From a virus (Duplodnaviria; Caudoviricetes): a DNA stretch of 56,296 bases. Below the pieces are notes generated by a model. The model ran no database searches. It worked only from the letters and a program-made list of their open reading frames with translations, and had not been told where the DNA came from. How positions within the stretch are numbered: the stretch's first letter is position 1; each line of letters opens with the position of its first letter. The translations under genes were made by a program, and so were the position numbers. The stretch is taken from positions 1 to 56,296 of IMG/VR virus record IMGVR_UViG_3300045912_000306; one strand, 5' to 3'. Of this stretch, positions 8,402 to 18,382 are shown piece by piece.

Positions 8402-11400
8402 TTATGTATGCGTTATAAATATTCTACGTCTTTTTATAAATGCCCTAGCAGAAATTGTCTTTATGCGTGTATTACTAACGCTTGCTCTTGCCGAGATACT
8501 TTTTGTTACACCAACAATCTTTATTCTTGCTTTTGCCAAGATACTTTTTGTCTTGCCAAGACTTTTAACTCTTGCTTTAGAAGAAACAGTCTTTGTTTGT
8601 ATCAGTTTTACTCTAGCTCTTGACGAAATAGTCTTTTCTGTGATGGAGAGTTTAATTCTTGCTTTTGCTTGAATATCTTTTCCTTGTGTCTTTTTTACGT
8701 CTGCTTTTGCAGAAATAGTTTTTGTAATTCCAGACGATAAAATTCTAGATTTTGCAGAAATGGACTTTTCTTTGACAAGGGCAATGCGAGCTTTAGAAGA
8801 AACCGTCTTTGTTGTATCAATATGCTTAATTCTGGCTTTTGAGGATATGTTCTTAGTTAATCCAGTAGTCTTTATTCTTGATTTGGCAGATATAGTTTTA
8901 GTAAAAGTTTCAACAGCTGGCTGAATATAAGCTTTAGCAGATATTGTTTTTGTAACATTTTGTAAAACTCTTGCTTTTGAACTAATAAACTTCTCAATGT
9001 TTAATTTTTTAATCCTAGCTTTTGCAGAAACAGACTTAGTAATTCCAGAGGACAAAATTCTAGCTTTTGAAGAGATTGTCTTTAGTTGTGTTAATTTAAC
9101 TCTAGCTTTAGACTGAATTGTTTTAGTAACAGAAAGTTTTCTAATTCTAGCTTTAGCTGAAATATTTTTTGTAACACCACCAGACTTAATTCTTGCTTTT
9201 GCTTGAACATTTTTTTCACGAATGAATATCCAACCACTATTATTCCCGCTATCAATAGAGTTAGTTCCAGCATACCAAGTAGCACTTGGTAACGTACCAT
9301 AGCTAAAACTTACAGCATCTAAAGATAGTGTTAAATCACTGACCGCATTTCTTCCTGTTGGGGTAAAAGCAACATTTCCATATGAATTTTCTATACCCTG
9401 TAAAGCTTTTCCACCAGACTCTGGCTGTGCTGATTGGGTATGTATTTCAATATGGTTATCATTTTCAAAAAGTTTAATCTGGAAAGATACGGTTGCATTT
9501 TCACTATATGTAGGAACTCCATTAAATTCGACAACAAATATTCTGTTTGGTGAAGTTCCAACCGTTTCATATTTAATTGTCCCCCCAGCTTCTGGGTTAA
9601 GGTCAGTATTATAACCAAAAATAGTATCTTTATAATTTATATCGTCACGTGGTATAGGAAAAGGGTCGTAATCAGCAGAACCACTATTATTAAACTTTAT
9701 AGCTCCATTACTACAAATCCAAACCAAATTTTTATCTTCACCAAAAAAATTAAAAATAAAAGGTAAAGAAATTTGCCCAGATTTACCTTCGTCACTAAGG
9801 GTAACCGACGTAGCACCACCCGTTAATGTTGTCCAATTATAAGTTATAGATTGGATATTATAATTTTGTAATGGAACGGTATTAGAATTTTTTATATTAA
9901 GATAATCACATACAACTGTCCCAGAAGATTTATAAAGGTTAAATTTATAGACGCCATCTATGCTATTTAAATTTATTAAATTTCCAGCTGTTCCAGATAC
10001 ATTAAAAGTATTTACTGTTGTTTCACTTCCTTTTTGAAAAAGAATCTGATTTGGAGTTCCTGTTACTTTAAATTCGTTAAAAGTATTTGAGCCGTAAAAT
10101 TTAAAACCAGATGCCCAAGTACCACTTATCCAAATATTATTAAATGTATGAGATGCTTTGGGGCTATTGTAAACGGCGTCATTAACATAAAAAACAGCAT
10201 TGTTTCCAGAACCACTTATTTTTATTGTCGAAGTTTCTGGTGTTATATTTACTTTTTGATTATCGTATTCATCAAAATAAAAGACATTTCCCGAACCAGT
10301 CGCCTCCCAAGTTCCGCTACCCATTATTATTGTTGGTGTATTGGCAGAAGAAGCATAAAAATAAAAGTTATTTGCTATTACGTCATAATCATTAGCATCA
10401 AAAGTTCCATTACTTTGATAAAACGTATTGGTTATTGAAAAATTCCCGCCAAGAATAACCGAACCATTTTCTTGTATAAGATCATTTGCATTTAAATTGT
10501 CTAATGTATTAAATGTTCCAGAACCAACAAACCAAACTTCCCTTAATTGTCTACCGTATGTTGTTATGTTAACTGAAGTATTAGCTTTAAAATAAATTTT
10601 TGCGGCATTAGAATTTGTGTTAAAGGTACTTCCACTTTCTAATGTAAATGAACCATAAACGTTAAATACTCCGCTTCCAGTAATTGTGTAATTGTGACCA
10701 GAAATTGAAGTAAAATTATAACAATTTGCAGAAACATTAATGGTTATTGTCCCTCCGCTACCAAATCCTGAATTAGAATCTATAAAAACATCATCAGAAG
10801 AAGTGGGGACAGAAGCACCACCAGAACCACCACTTGAAGTTGACCAGTGGTTTGTGTCTGACCAATTTCCCGTACCACCAACCCAGTATCTTCTTCTTAC
10901 TATATTTGCTTTTGCAGAAATAGTCTTGGTAACGCCAGTAGATTTTATTCTCGCCTTTGTGGAGACAGTCTTTGTAATTCCTGCAAATTTAATTCTTGCT
11001 TTTGAAGATACTGTTTTTGTAACATCAGCAGATTTAACTCTTGCCTTAGACTGGATTGTTTTTGTTTGAGTGGTTACACTACTAATAGTAAAACTCCTTG
11101 TACTGCTCCAAGAACCCCACGTATTGCTTCCAGATGGGTCTTTACCTCTTACTCTCCAATAATAATTTCCAGCAGAAAGAGGAGACTGGACTGTATATGT
11201 AACTGCTTGTCCTGATGTAAACGGGTCGGTATTGTCGGGAGAACCAGAAAATCCAGCATCAGTTCCAGATATCTTGGACGGCACATCATAAGTTATAACT
11301 AATTTAGGGCGATAGGTTGGATCAGAATAATTAGCGGTTCTTAACATTTTAACCGTATCGTCGGTTGGAGCAACATTATCAAGGTCTTTATTGTCTCTAA

Positions 11401-13477
11401 GACCTAACAACGTGTATCCTTGTTTGTTTATCCAACTCAAACCAGTAGCATTAAGCGTAAAATCAAGCCAACCTGTACTTGAAACAGTCTGGCGTGTTGC
11501 CCCCTCAGTTGAACCCATTTTGCTATAGTCACCGCTTGCCAAAGACGTTGGGTCGGCTTGTGTTGTATTAACCAAACACCAATCTCTCGCACCACCACTT
11601 GTAGAATCTACGTACACAGACAATACAGCACTTGTAATTGTTGCGTTATCTGGGATTGCTGATGTATCAAAAGGTAGAAAAAATCTATCTATATAGTAAG
11701 TTGTACCCACCAACCTTGACCTACAAGAATCCGCAGTAGCAGTTTGATTAGCGTTGCCAGTTGAAAATCCTCTAACTGTTGCCCAATTTGAACTTCCATT
11801 CCATACATCCCCGTCACCATTTGCTGGTGGGTTTTGAGTAAGGGGTGAAGCAATATCGTTTGCGACTGCTATCTGTATTTCATAGCGAATATCATCTCCC
11901 TCAGCGTCGGTACCAGTGAATGTTAAATCTGGTGTTGTGTCTGAAATGATTGCTCCATCTTGGGGAGAATTGAGAGAAACAGACGGACTAATGTTGATAG
12001 TAAAACTCATTACGCTACTCCAAGCACCATATTTGTTAGAGCCAGATGGGTCTATTCCTCTAACACGCCAGTAGTAGGTAGTGCCAGGTGTTAATTCAGA
12101 TTGGACGGTATAGGTAACTGGTTGCCCTGAGGTAAACGGATCAGTGTTATCAGGAGAGCCACTAAAGCCAGCGTCTGTGCCTGAGACTGCGTCTGTGATA
12201 ATTTGTCTTACTCCCCAGTTATCTATAACACCAGTGGTATCTCTTATTCCTATGTACGCATAAAGTCCTGTTGTATAGGTTGTATCTGCACTTGATGTTA
12301 ATACAAGATTTCCGTTGACAAAAACTCTAAATACACCGTTTGTGTCTTTGGAAACAGCTACCTGATCTCCGTTACTAAACTCATAATTTACAGACGCCAA
12401 TAATGTTTCTACAGCATTGTCAGCCCTGCGAATTGCAATAGTATCTGTTCCAGAATTGTCCTCAAAAGATATTCTATATCCGCTCCACGTCGACGTTCCT
12501 GGTTGTTGGATAAAACCCATCTCAACACGTTGTGAATTTCCAGGTTTTGTAACAATAGTGAAATACTGTTCAATATAACCACTAAATGTATTTGCGTTCC
12601 AATAAGCCTCACATGAAGTTGCAGCCGTTACTGCTTTTAACTGATTAGAAACTATTTGGAGTTGATTATTTGCCCCTTCTCCCAGTGCATCATTTGTCCA
12701 ATTTCCACCAATAGGATTTTCATCTGGCCTATTGAAATCGTCAGTTACCAGTGTTCGGTAGAGTTGCACATTATATCTAATATCATCTCCTTCATTATCA
12801 GTACCTGTAAAGGTTAAGTCTGGGGTGGTATCGGTGACTGTTGCCCCGTCTGAGGGAGATGAGAGGGTTACACTTGGAGATGTTTCGGGGGACAGTACCT
12901 CAACAGTTGCTCCGTAGTATCCAGAGCTTGAAGATGTAGTACAAGATTGAGCGATTGAGCCGTCAGAAGTTGAACTGTTTTTAGTGTTAAAACAGACCTC
13001 TGTTGCCACCGATGCCTGTCTAGTATATCCAGACGGAGCTGAATCCCACGCAGTAACAGTACGATGTCCGTAGAAATGTAAAATGAGAGCTTTGCCTGTT
13101 GTTTGCTGTTGGGTAATTGCTGGTGCTGTTGCCGAGTTTGAAGCAGTACCACCACCCCTTGCCGCTCCACCTATCGGAGTACTTGCCTGTCCCTGAATAA
13201 CAACCGCCACCATTCCCGTTGCGTTTGTCCATGTACCTGAAGTGTGATTAGTGGCTGTTGCAACAAAATAAGCAGTTCTTCCACTATTAGTTGAGGTACC
13301 CGTACCAGTACTAATATCTATCCACGCAGGAACCGTCCCCGAAGCAGTTGGTTTAGTAGGTGGAGTAGTTGAACCATCTCTATATGCCCAGATGATAATT
13401 AGGTCACCAACCGCATGGGGCGGAATTGTAACTGTACTTCCTGCACTTGCATTTGCTCCTTTGATTGATGCCGCCAT
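8402..13477 (-). CDS. Large modular fibre/adhesin (split Fn3-like modules, lectin-like inserts, TKTISAKARIK repeats)
   Basis: 1691 aa. Two copies of DTTPDLTFTGTD...YYWRVRG and 4+18 copies of a 14-15 aa basic repeat. Confidence 0.75.
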   Translation of the reverse strand: MAASIKGANASAGSTVTIPPHAVGDLIIIWAYRDGSTTPPTKPTASGTVPAWIDISTGTGTSTNSGRTAYFVATATNHTSGTWTNATGMVAVVIQGQASTPIGGAARGGGTASNSATAPAITQQQTTGKALILHFYGHRTVTAWDSAPSGYTRQASVATEVCFNTKNSSTSDGSIAQSCTTSSSSGYYGATVEVLSPETSPSVTLSSPSDGATVTDTTPDLTFTGTDNEGDDIRYNVQLYRTLVTDDFNRPDENPIGGNWTNDALGEGANNQLQIVSNQLKAVTAATSCEAYWNANTFSGYIEQYFTIVTKPGNSQRVEMGFIQQPGTSTWSGYRISFEDNSGTDTIAIRRADNAVETLLASVNYEFSNGDQVAVSKDTNGVFRVFVNGNLVLTSSADTTYTTGLYAYIGIRDTTGVIDNWGVRQIITDAVSGTDAGFSGSPDNTDPFTSGQPVTYTVQSELTPGTTYYWRVRGIDPSGSNKYGAWSSVMSFTINISPSVSLNSPQDGAIISDTTPDLTFTGTDAEGDDIRYEIQIAVANDIASPLTQNPPANGDGDVWNGSSNWATVRGFSTGNANQTATADSCRSRLVGTTYYIDRFFLPFDTSAIPDNATITSAVLSVYVDSTSGGARDWCLVNTTQADPTSLASGDYSKMGSTEGATRQTVSSTGWLDFTLNATGLSWINKQGYTLLGLRDNKDLDNVAPTDDTVKMLRTANYSDPTYRPKLVITYDVPSKISGTDAGFSGSPDNTDPFTSGQAVTYTVQSPLSAGNYYWRVRGKDPSGSNTWGSWSSTRSFTISSVTTQTKTIQSKARVKSADVTKTVSSKARIKFAGITKTVSTKARIKSTGVTKTISAKANIVRRRYWVGGTGNWSDTNHWSTSSGGSGGASVPTSSDDVFIDSNSGFGSGGTITINVSANCYNFTSISGHNYTITGSGVFNVYGSFTLESGSTFNTNSNAAKIYFKANTSVNITTYGRQLREVWFVGSGTFNTLDNLNANDLIQENGSVILGGNFSITNTFYQSNGTFDANDYDVIANNFYFYASSANTPTIIMGSGTWEATGSGNVFYFDEYDNQKVNITPETSTIKISGSGNNAVFYVNDAVYNSPKASHTFNNIWISGTWASGFKFYGSNTFNEFKVTGTPNQILFQKGSETTVNTFNVSGTAGNLINLNSIDGVYKFNLYKSSGTVVCDYLNIKNSNTVPLQNYNIQSITYNWTTLTGGATSVTLSDEGKSGQISLPFIFNFFGEDKNLVWICSNGAIKFNNSGSADYDPFPIPRDDINYKDTIFGYNTDLNPEAGGTIKYETVGTSPNRIFVVEFNGVPTYSENATVSFQIKLFENDNHIEIHTQSAQPESGGKALQGIENSYGNVAFTPTGRNAVSDLTLSLDAVSFSYGTLPSATWYAGTNSIDSGNNSGWIFIREKNVQAKARIKSGGVTKNISAKARIRKLSVTKTIQSKARVKLTQLKTISSKARILSSGITKSVSAKARIKKLNIEKFISSKARVLQNVTKTISAKAYIQPAVETFTKTISAKSRIKTTGLTKNISSKARIKHIDTTKTVSSKARIALVKEKSISAKSRILSSGITKTISAKADVKKTQGKDIQAKARIKLSITEKTISSRARVKLIQTKTVSSKARVKSLGKTKSILAKARIKIVGVTKSISARASVSNTRIKTISARAFIKRRRIFITHT

Positions 13478-13479
13478 AT

Positions 13480-13917
13480 CTATCTTTTAGTTGAAAATGT
13501 AAGACTTCCGTCTGGCTCAATGATAATAAACCTTTGATAATTTTTGCCTTCAATCTCTGTTTGCCAACCAAGTAGATAACGCACTTTTTGGACTATTCCA
13601 TCTGGATTAAATTCAGTATTAACCCTTCTGTAATAAATAAGTCTGTATTCTTTGGGTTCAAGACGCTTTCCATTTCTAAAACCCAAATCAAATCTGCATA
13701 CAAGCCCATCAAGGTTAAATTCGCCATTCTCAAGATTAACCGAGTATTTTTTATTACCGTTTTGGAGCTCAAATACTTTTATATTGTCTTGGTCTAGATG
13801 TCCAAAGTGTTTCTCATTTGGAGTATTATATTCCTGCCTCACCAAAGAGCCATCTTTGTAGTAACATACAAATTCATAATCTAATTTCTCTGGGTGTAAT
13901 CCCTCAAGTGTTTGCAT
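13480..13917 (-). CDS. Hypothetical protein of the fibre module (possible chaperone)
   Basis: Coupled ORF with LIYYRR..YLLGWQ motif. Confidence 0.5.
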   Translation of the reverse strand: MQTLEGLHPEKLDYEFVCYYKDGSLVRQEYNTPNEKHFGHLDQDNIKVFELQNGNKKYSVNLENGEFNLDGLVCRFDLGFRNGKRLEPKEYRLIYYRRVNTEFNPDGIVQKVRYLLGWQTEIEGKNYQRFIIIEPDGSLTFSTKR

Positions 13918-13924
13918 GGTATTG

Positions 13925-14248
13925 CTATTTTACTTCATCGGCTTTAATTCCTCTATCTGCTGGCAAGACATTGCCGTCAGAGTCAATTTGTTTATCCTCA
14001 AACTCATTTTCATTAACTTTTTCAACACTTATACCAAGTTTCTCAGCTTCAATATAAATACGAACATTGCTACCAATCTTATGAAGAATTACTCCAGGCT
14101 CAAAAATTCTTTGATGAAAGGGAAAATGTGTGGGTTTAGTAAATTTATACTCAAGCACAAGCTCTCCATCGTCAACTTGTAAAGTATCACCTTCGTTGAG
14201 TTTTTTTACTGCTTCTAAAAATTTTGGGTCGTCTGGATTGGCTTTCAT
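13925..14248 (-). CDS. Hypothetical protein
   Basis: Tightly packed ORF. Confidence 0.55.
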   Translation of the reverse strand: MKANPDDPKFLEAVKKLNEGDTLQVDDGELVLEYKFTKPTHFPFHQRIFEPGVILHKIGSNVRIYIEAEKLGISVEKVNENEFEDKQIDSDGNVLPADRGIKADEVK

Positions 14249-14250
14249 AC

Positions 14251-14772
14251 CTACTGCACATCGTACTGGAGGCTAAATACTGCTAAACTTGTGTCCCCGC
14301 TTGGAGTTGTAGAAGCCACATCTAACTGAAGCACTATGTAGTCAGAATATCCAGCTGAAGTCAACGAACCGCTCAAAGAACCACCAATAGAGACATTTGC
14401 AGTTCCAGGGTCAGATGTGGGCACTGTTGATGTAGCAATAGTGCTATCTGTTTTAACGGGTGTTTGGTATGAGCCAACATTATTGCCCTTCCAATAAACC
14501 GTCAGTCCCGTTGATGGGCTGAAGTTGGTGGACATCCAAAACTGAAGATTGTCAATCTTATTGAAAGTTCCAGTAAAATGAGCTCTTAACCAAACCTCGT
14601 ACGACCTACCTTGATCTGCAGTATCGCTTGCAGTAATTGGATAAGAAGTGTAATTTCCTGGAGTTGCATCATCAGCATCTTTGAAATTAAACAAATTTCC
14701 ACTTTCTCCAAGATCAACCGTAGTTCCAGGAGCTGTTCCGTAAGTTTGAGCCCAGTTAAATGTTTCTGCCAT
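14251..14772 (-). CDS. Putative structural filament/decoration subunit
   Basis: S/T/G-rich beta protein ending FSLQYDVQ, with its own TTGACA promoter near 14803-14808. Confidence 0.55.
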   Translation of the reverse strand: MAETFNWAQTYGTAPGTTVDLGESGNLFNFKDADDATPGNYTSYPITASDTADQGRSYEVWLRAHFTGTFNKIDNLQFWMSTNFSPSTGLTVYWKGNNVGSYQTPVKTDSTIATSTVPTSDPGTANVSIGGSLSGSLTSAGYSDYIVLQLDVASTTPSGDTSLAVFSLQYDVQ

Positions 14773-14823
14773 TTGATTTTATACTAATAAAGTAAAATAG
14801 TTTGTCAAGTATTATTTTCAAAT

Positions 14824-15426
14824 CTAATCTACTGTATATTTTATTGTAAAAGTAATTGAGCTACAAGAATTTGACGCTGTTGTCTTAAAGATGATCCAGG
14901 AATTAGCTGGAATTGTTGGGTCGTTAAAGGAAGTTAAATTTTGCCCAGAAGTTTGACTTGTAATTTCAACTGGGACAGATAATATATCTGTGCTTCCGCC
15001 ACCCCCACTTCTGTTTGTATTGTGATATGGGTCAATAGTGCAAGATGTTCCAGTAATTACAGCCTGACACTCAACTACAGTTATAGGAACAAAAGTATAA
15101 CCCATTACAATATCTTCAGAGGCAGAAGGGTTTTCAACAGTTATGGAAAACTGATTTATGGCTGGTGTTCCAGACGGACCAGTTGGACCAGTAGGGCCTG
15201 TTGGTCCCGTGGGTCCAGTAGGACCTGTGGGACCAGTAGGTCCAGCAGGACCTGTGGGACCAGTAGGACCCGTTGGTCCCATTAGTGTCGCTTTTGCATT
15301 CTGAAGTTTAATCTTTTTTGTTGTCGGTGAAGAACCAACATCAGTTACTACAGGAATTAAATCACTATCAGATAAAGTAGTTGTTTCTGCAAGTTGTGTT
15401 ATTTTTTTACCAGGATATGGTGCCAT
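14824..15426 (-). CDS. Collagen-like fibre protein
   Basis: KKITQL..DLIPVV..TTKKI anchor followed by 13 Gly-X-Y triplets. Confidence 0.75.
   Translation of the reverse strand: MAPYPGKKITQLAETTTLSDSDLIPVVTDVGSSPTTKKIKLQNAKATLMGPTGPTGPTGPAGPTGPTGPTGPTGPTGPTGPTGPSGTPAINQFSITVENPSASEDIVMGYTFVPITVVECQAVITGTSCTIDPYHNTNRSGGGGSTDILSVPVEITSQTSGQNLTSFNDPTIPANSWIIFKTTASNSCSSITFTIKYTVD
15163..15279 (-). repeat. Collagen (GPT)n coding repeat
   Basis: 9-bp periodic repeat. Confidence 0.9.
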
Positions 15427-15428
15427 AC

Positions 15429-15674
15429 TTATATCCAAATACTACTTGAAATACTTTTCTTTGTCCATGTCTTTATTGGGTTAGTCTTTTTGTCCCAATT
15501 TTTTATATCTTCTGTTTCTTTTGTATAAATTCCAACTCCTCCCCAATCAATGGCAATAAGACCACCTTCTTCATCTAATAAATTCTGATTATCTTCAGTC
15601 AATAGATAAAGAACGTTATTATATTGCTCAGTCCATTCTATAGAATTATTTGTTTCTTTAGACCAAATTATCAT
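15429..15674 (-). CDS. Small virion fibre adaptor; start reassigned to MIIWS
   Basis: [17 protein letters not shown] motif; ATGA overlap with the upstream gene. Confidence 0.5.
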   Translation of the reverse strand: MIIWSKETNNSIEWTEQYNNVLYLLTEDNQNLLDEEGGLIAIDWGGVGIYTKETEDIKNWDKKTNPIKTWTKKSISSSIWI

Positions 15675-15931
15675 TGTCGTACACCCATTATATAAACAGT
15701 CGGAGTTCCCGAACTTATAACATGAACCTGAGTGCATTGCACATCAAATCTTACAACATTATCTGTTGGTGTAATCAAAAAATCATTTGTTGTCGCTGCT
15801 CTATCAAACGCAAAATAAGCATCGCCAGTTGTTTTGATATAAACAATATTAACGATTCTCCCGAAATCGGCATATTGGTCTGTTCCATTTGCGTTAACTT
15901 TTTTAATATCAGCTGCTTCAGTTACTGCCAT
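15671..15931 (-). CDS. Small beta-rich virion protein
   Basis: Position downstream of the capsid gene and composition. Confidence 0.5.
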   Translation of the reverse strand: MAVTEAADIKKVNANGTDQYADFGRIVNIVYIKTTGDAYFAFDRAATTNDFLITPTDNVVRFDVQCTQVHVISSGTPTVYIMGVRQ

Positions 15932-15959
15932 AAAAATCACCCCCGTTCATATAAATAAT

Positions 15960-16319
15960 TTATTTTAACATTTTATACTCAAATATTTTAGCTAATAAAC
16001 TATCTTTTTTGACAATTTTACCTTTAATTGTAATCTGAGAACAATATGGACACACCTCAACCCATGGATAAAACATTTTCATACAAACAGGACATTGTCT
16101 AGCAACACGCCTGCTTGTAATTTCTTCGACTTTTTCTTTTGGTATTTTTTTATAAAATTTCAATTCTCCACGACAATTTTTGTCTGGACAAATACCAATA
16201 TCTTTTCCAGCCCAAGTTCCTTCGCACTTATTGCATCTATAAACATTAACACCCTCACGTATTACGTTATATTTGTTGCGTAATATTTTTTGAGCTGTTT
16301 CAATTTCTTTACTATCCAT
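15960..16319 (-). CDS. Zinc-ribbon protein; start reassigned to MDSKE
   Basis: CNKC, CPDKNC, CPVC and CPYC motifs. Confidence 0.55.
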   Translation of the reverse strand: MDSKEIETAQKILRNKYNVIREGVNVYRCNKCEGTWAGKDIGICPDKNCRGELKFYKKIPKEKVEEITSRRVARQCPVCMKMFYPWVEVCPYCSQITIKGKIVKKDSLLAKIFEYKMLK

Positions 16320-16403
16320 ATTTACGGTGGGCAGTCCAGTCTCCCGCTGCCCGTGTGCATCTTGAGTCAGGTGGCGATGCAAGACCCCCAGTTAAAACCA
16401 GTC

Positions 16404-16953
16404 TTAGCTGCGAATCTCTATACCAAAGTTAGACCTCAAATTCTTCACACCATAAATGACATCAACTACAACAAGAGTACCGAGATATTCAAGAATGTAT
16501 TCACTCTGAACTCTTGGCTTCTGTTGCATAGCCAATGCCAAAGCCTCTTTGTGAAAGAGCATGTTGTGATATTGGGTCGGTGTACCGGCAGTACTGGGAA
16601 CCTGGTTTGTGTAGTAAGCAGGAATACCCCAGAGCTCACCCCACAAAGAACTAGATTTTGGTCCAGCAGCTGCGGGTTTTGGACTTTGGTAGTTTCCGAG
16701 ATAGTCTGCTCTAACGAATTGGTCGATTTGAGCAATAGCCGTCTTTTGTTTGGGATGGAACACGAATGCTCTATCCTCAAGAGGGGCATTTGCCAAATCT
16801 AGAGCCTCTATAGCACTCAAGATTACAGGGCTTGTGACATTGGTACCATAGGTTCCAACATCAGCATTGCTGAATCCTGTATATAATGCCAAGATGTCCG
16901 AATCAACCGCTTGAGATATGGCATAACCAGCTTTGCTGGTATATTCTGCCATT
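16404..16953 (-). CDS. Major capsid protein, exon 2
   Basis: AGYAISQAVDSDIL, RAFVFHP, GELWGIP, FHKEALALAMQ and DVIYGVK are HK97-fold coat protein motifs. Confidence 0.9.
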
Positions 16954-17199
16954 CAATTTTGTTACTGCACCTAACAATTAAGTTGTTGGAGTGCGGGCTG
17001 GATATTTCTACCAGCCTCTGTACGTCACCGTACAGTTCCGACTATATCTTTACCCATAAAGGGTAGTCCGTACATAGTCTGTACACCTTCTATCTGAAAA
17101 GATAGCTCGGCTCGGTATTGTCTTGCAATTCTTGCAAGATGTCCACCGAATTCTCGGACTTTTTCAATTACCTTTCGGTAAAAGGACCCAATTTTGCTT
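16954..17199 (-). ncRNA. Group I self-splicing intron, 246 nt, no ORF
   Basis: P1 GACCU/GGGUC with U-G at the 5' splice site. P3 AGUCCG/CGGACU. P7 from CAGACUA and AAGAUAUAGUC. Terminal G. Splicing restores D-L-M-A. Confidence 0.93.
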
Positions 17200-17522
17200 A
17201 GGTCGTAATTTGACTGAACTTTTACGATATCTTCAACCAAGAAAGATGCTTCCTTGTGTTTATTGATATCAATAGTCGTTTCAGTCTCTGTTACAGCCTG
17301 CAGTGTTACCTGAGTGTTTGCGCTTTTGTCATTAGCAGTAAGATTGCTCAAGCTAGGAATGTGGATTGTATCACCACGTTCTTTCACAAGAGAATCATAC
17401 CTCTTTACAAGAGGAGCCATGACTAAGGCATCTTCGGTTGCTCGAAGAACCTCCATAGACCAGACATCAGGGATAAACTTAGCCGCAGTCGTGGTTGTAA
17501 TTTGATTTGTACCCAAAGCCAT
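17200..17522 (-). CDS. Major capsid protein, exon 1 (spliced product 290 aa)
   Basis: FIPDVWS, GDTIHIP and EDIVKVQSNYDL motifs. Confidence 0.9.
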
Positions 17523-17573
17523 ATTTTTTCACCCCCTTCCACGGACATAATAAATCATGCCGTCAAAGTAGTG

Positions 17574-18362
17574 TTATTGAAGCTCACCTCTTTGGAGTGC
17601 CGAGAGAATTTTGTCTCTATTTTCCTCGTACCACCTGCGACCTTCGGGTGATTGCAAAATCCTTGATAAGGACTCTGCGGTTATCTCCCCAGTTTCACCA
17701 GCAGTTGCGGATGACGGCTTCTCCCTAAACGATGAGCTTCCAGCTTTTAAGGCTTGCTTAATAGCCCAATCAATAAGCTCAGCTTCGTGCAGGTCTTTAT
17801 AGGCTGCTTCTGGATTATAAATACCAGTTTTTCTAATATGTTCCATGACAGCTTCCCTATCATATTTAGGTCTGCCATCTTCGCCATTATAAATTCTGCT
17901 AAGGCGATTGTGTTCATCTTCAAGCACCATTTTTGCCTCTAGGTTGCTTATTTCTTCTCGGAGTTGTTGTTTTACATCTTCTTTTGCAACAAACCCCAAG
18001 CCTTTAAGAAATTCTTTCGCTCTAGCAACTTCTGGCGAATCAAACTCAGCCTGACCGCTTGGTTGGACCTGGGAATTTTCTGTATCTTCCTCTAAAGTCC
18101 TTCCTTCCAGCTGTGCTTGTAGGGCTTTATTCTTACGAATAAGCTCGCCAATACGCTGTTGAGCCCTGCTTTTTATAGCGTGCTCGTCATCTACACCACC
18201 AGGTTTAACTGTCGTAGTGTCTTCAAACCCTTCTGTTTCTGTTTTTAACGTCTTGTCTGACGAGAAATTTTCTGTTTCTGGGTTCGGAACTTTGTTGTCA
18301 GTCGGCGCTACTGACGGAGTTGTTTCCTCCTTTTTATCGCCGAGGGTTAAATCTTCATTCAT
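17574..18362 (-). CDS. Capsid scaffolding protein
   Basis: Acidic N-terminus, QQRIGEL coiled coil, directly upstream of capsid gene, GGAGGTG SD before MNEDL. Confidence 0.7.
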   Translation of the reverse strand: MNEDLTLGDKKEETTPSVAPTDNKVPNPETENFSSDKTLKTETEGFEDTTTVKPGGVDDEHAIKSRAQQRIGELIRKNKALQAQLEGRTLEEDTENSQVQPSGQAEFDSPEVARAKEFLKGLGFVAKEDVKQQLREEISNLEAKMVLEDEHNRLSRIYNGEDGRPKYDREAVMEHIRKTGIYNPEAAYKDLHEAELIDWAIKQALKAGSSSFREKPSSATAGETGEITAESLSRILQSPEGRRWYEENRDKILSALQRGELQ

Positions 18363-18382
18363 AATACTCACCTCCCCTCCCA

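Noticed and set aside
11082-12880. Diversity-generating retroelement TR/VR pair
   Set aside because: Differences are largely synonymous and not adenine-specific, and no reverse transcriptase is present.
16954-17199. IStron linking the intron to TnpB, or a programmed frameshift in the capsid gene
   Set aside because: The intron has no IS ends or ORF, lies about 16 kb from tnpB and does not match its guide. The ribozyme core explains the split.
17025-17199. C-terminal 57 aa of the 165-aa ORF as real protein
   Set aside because: This is read-through into intron sequence.
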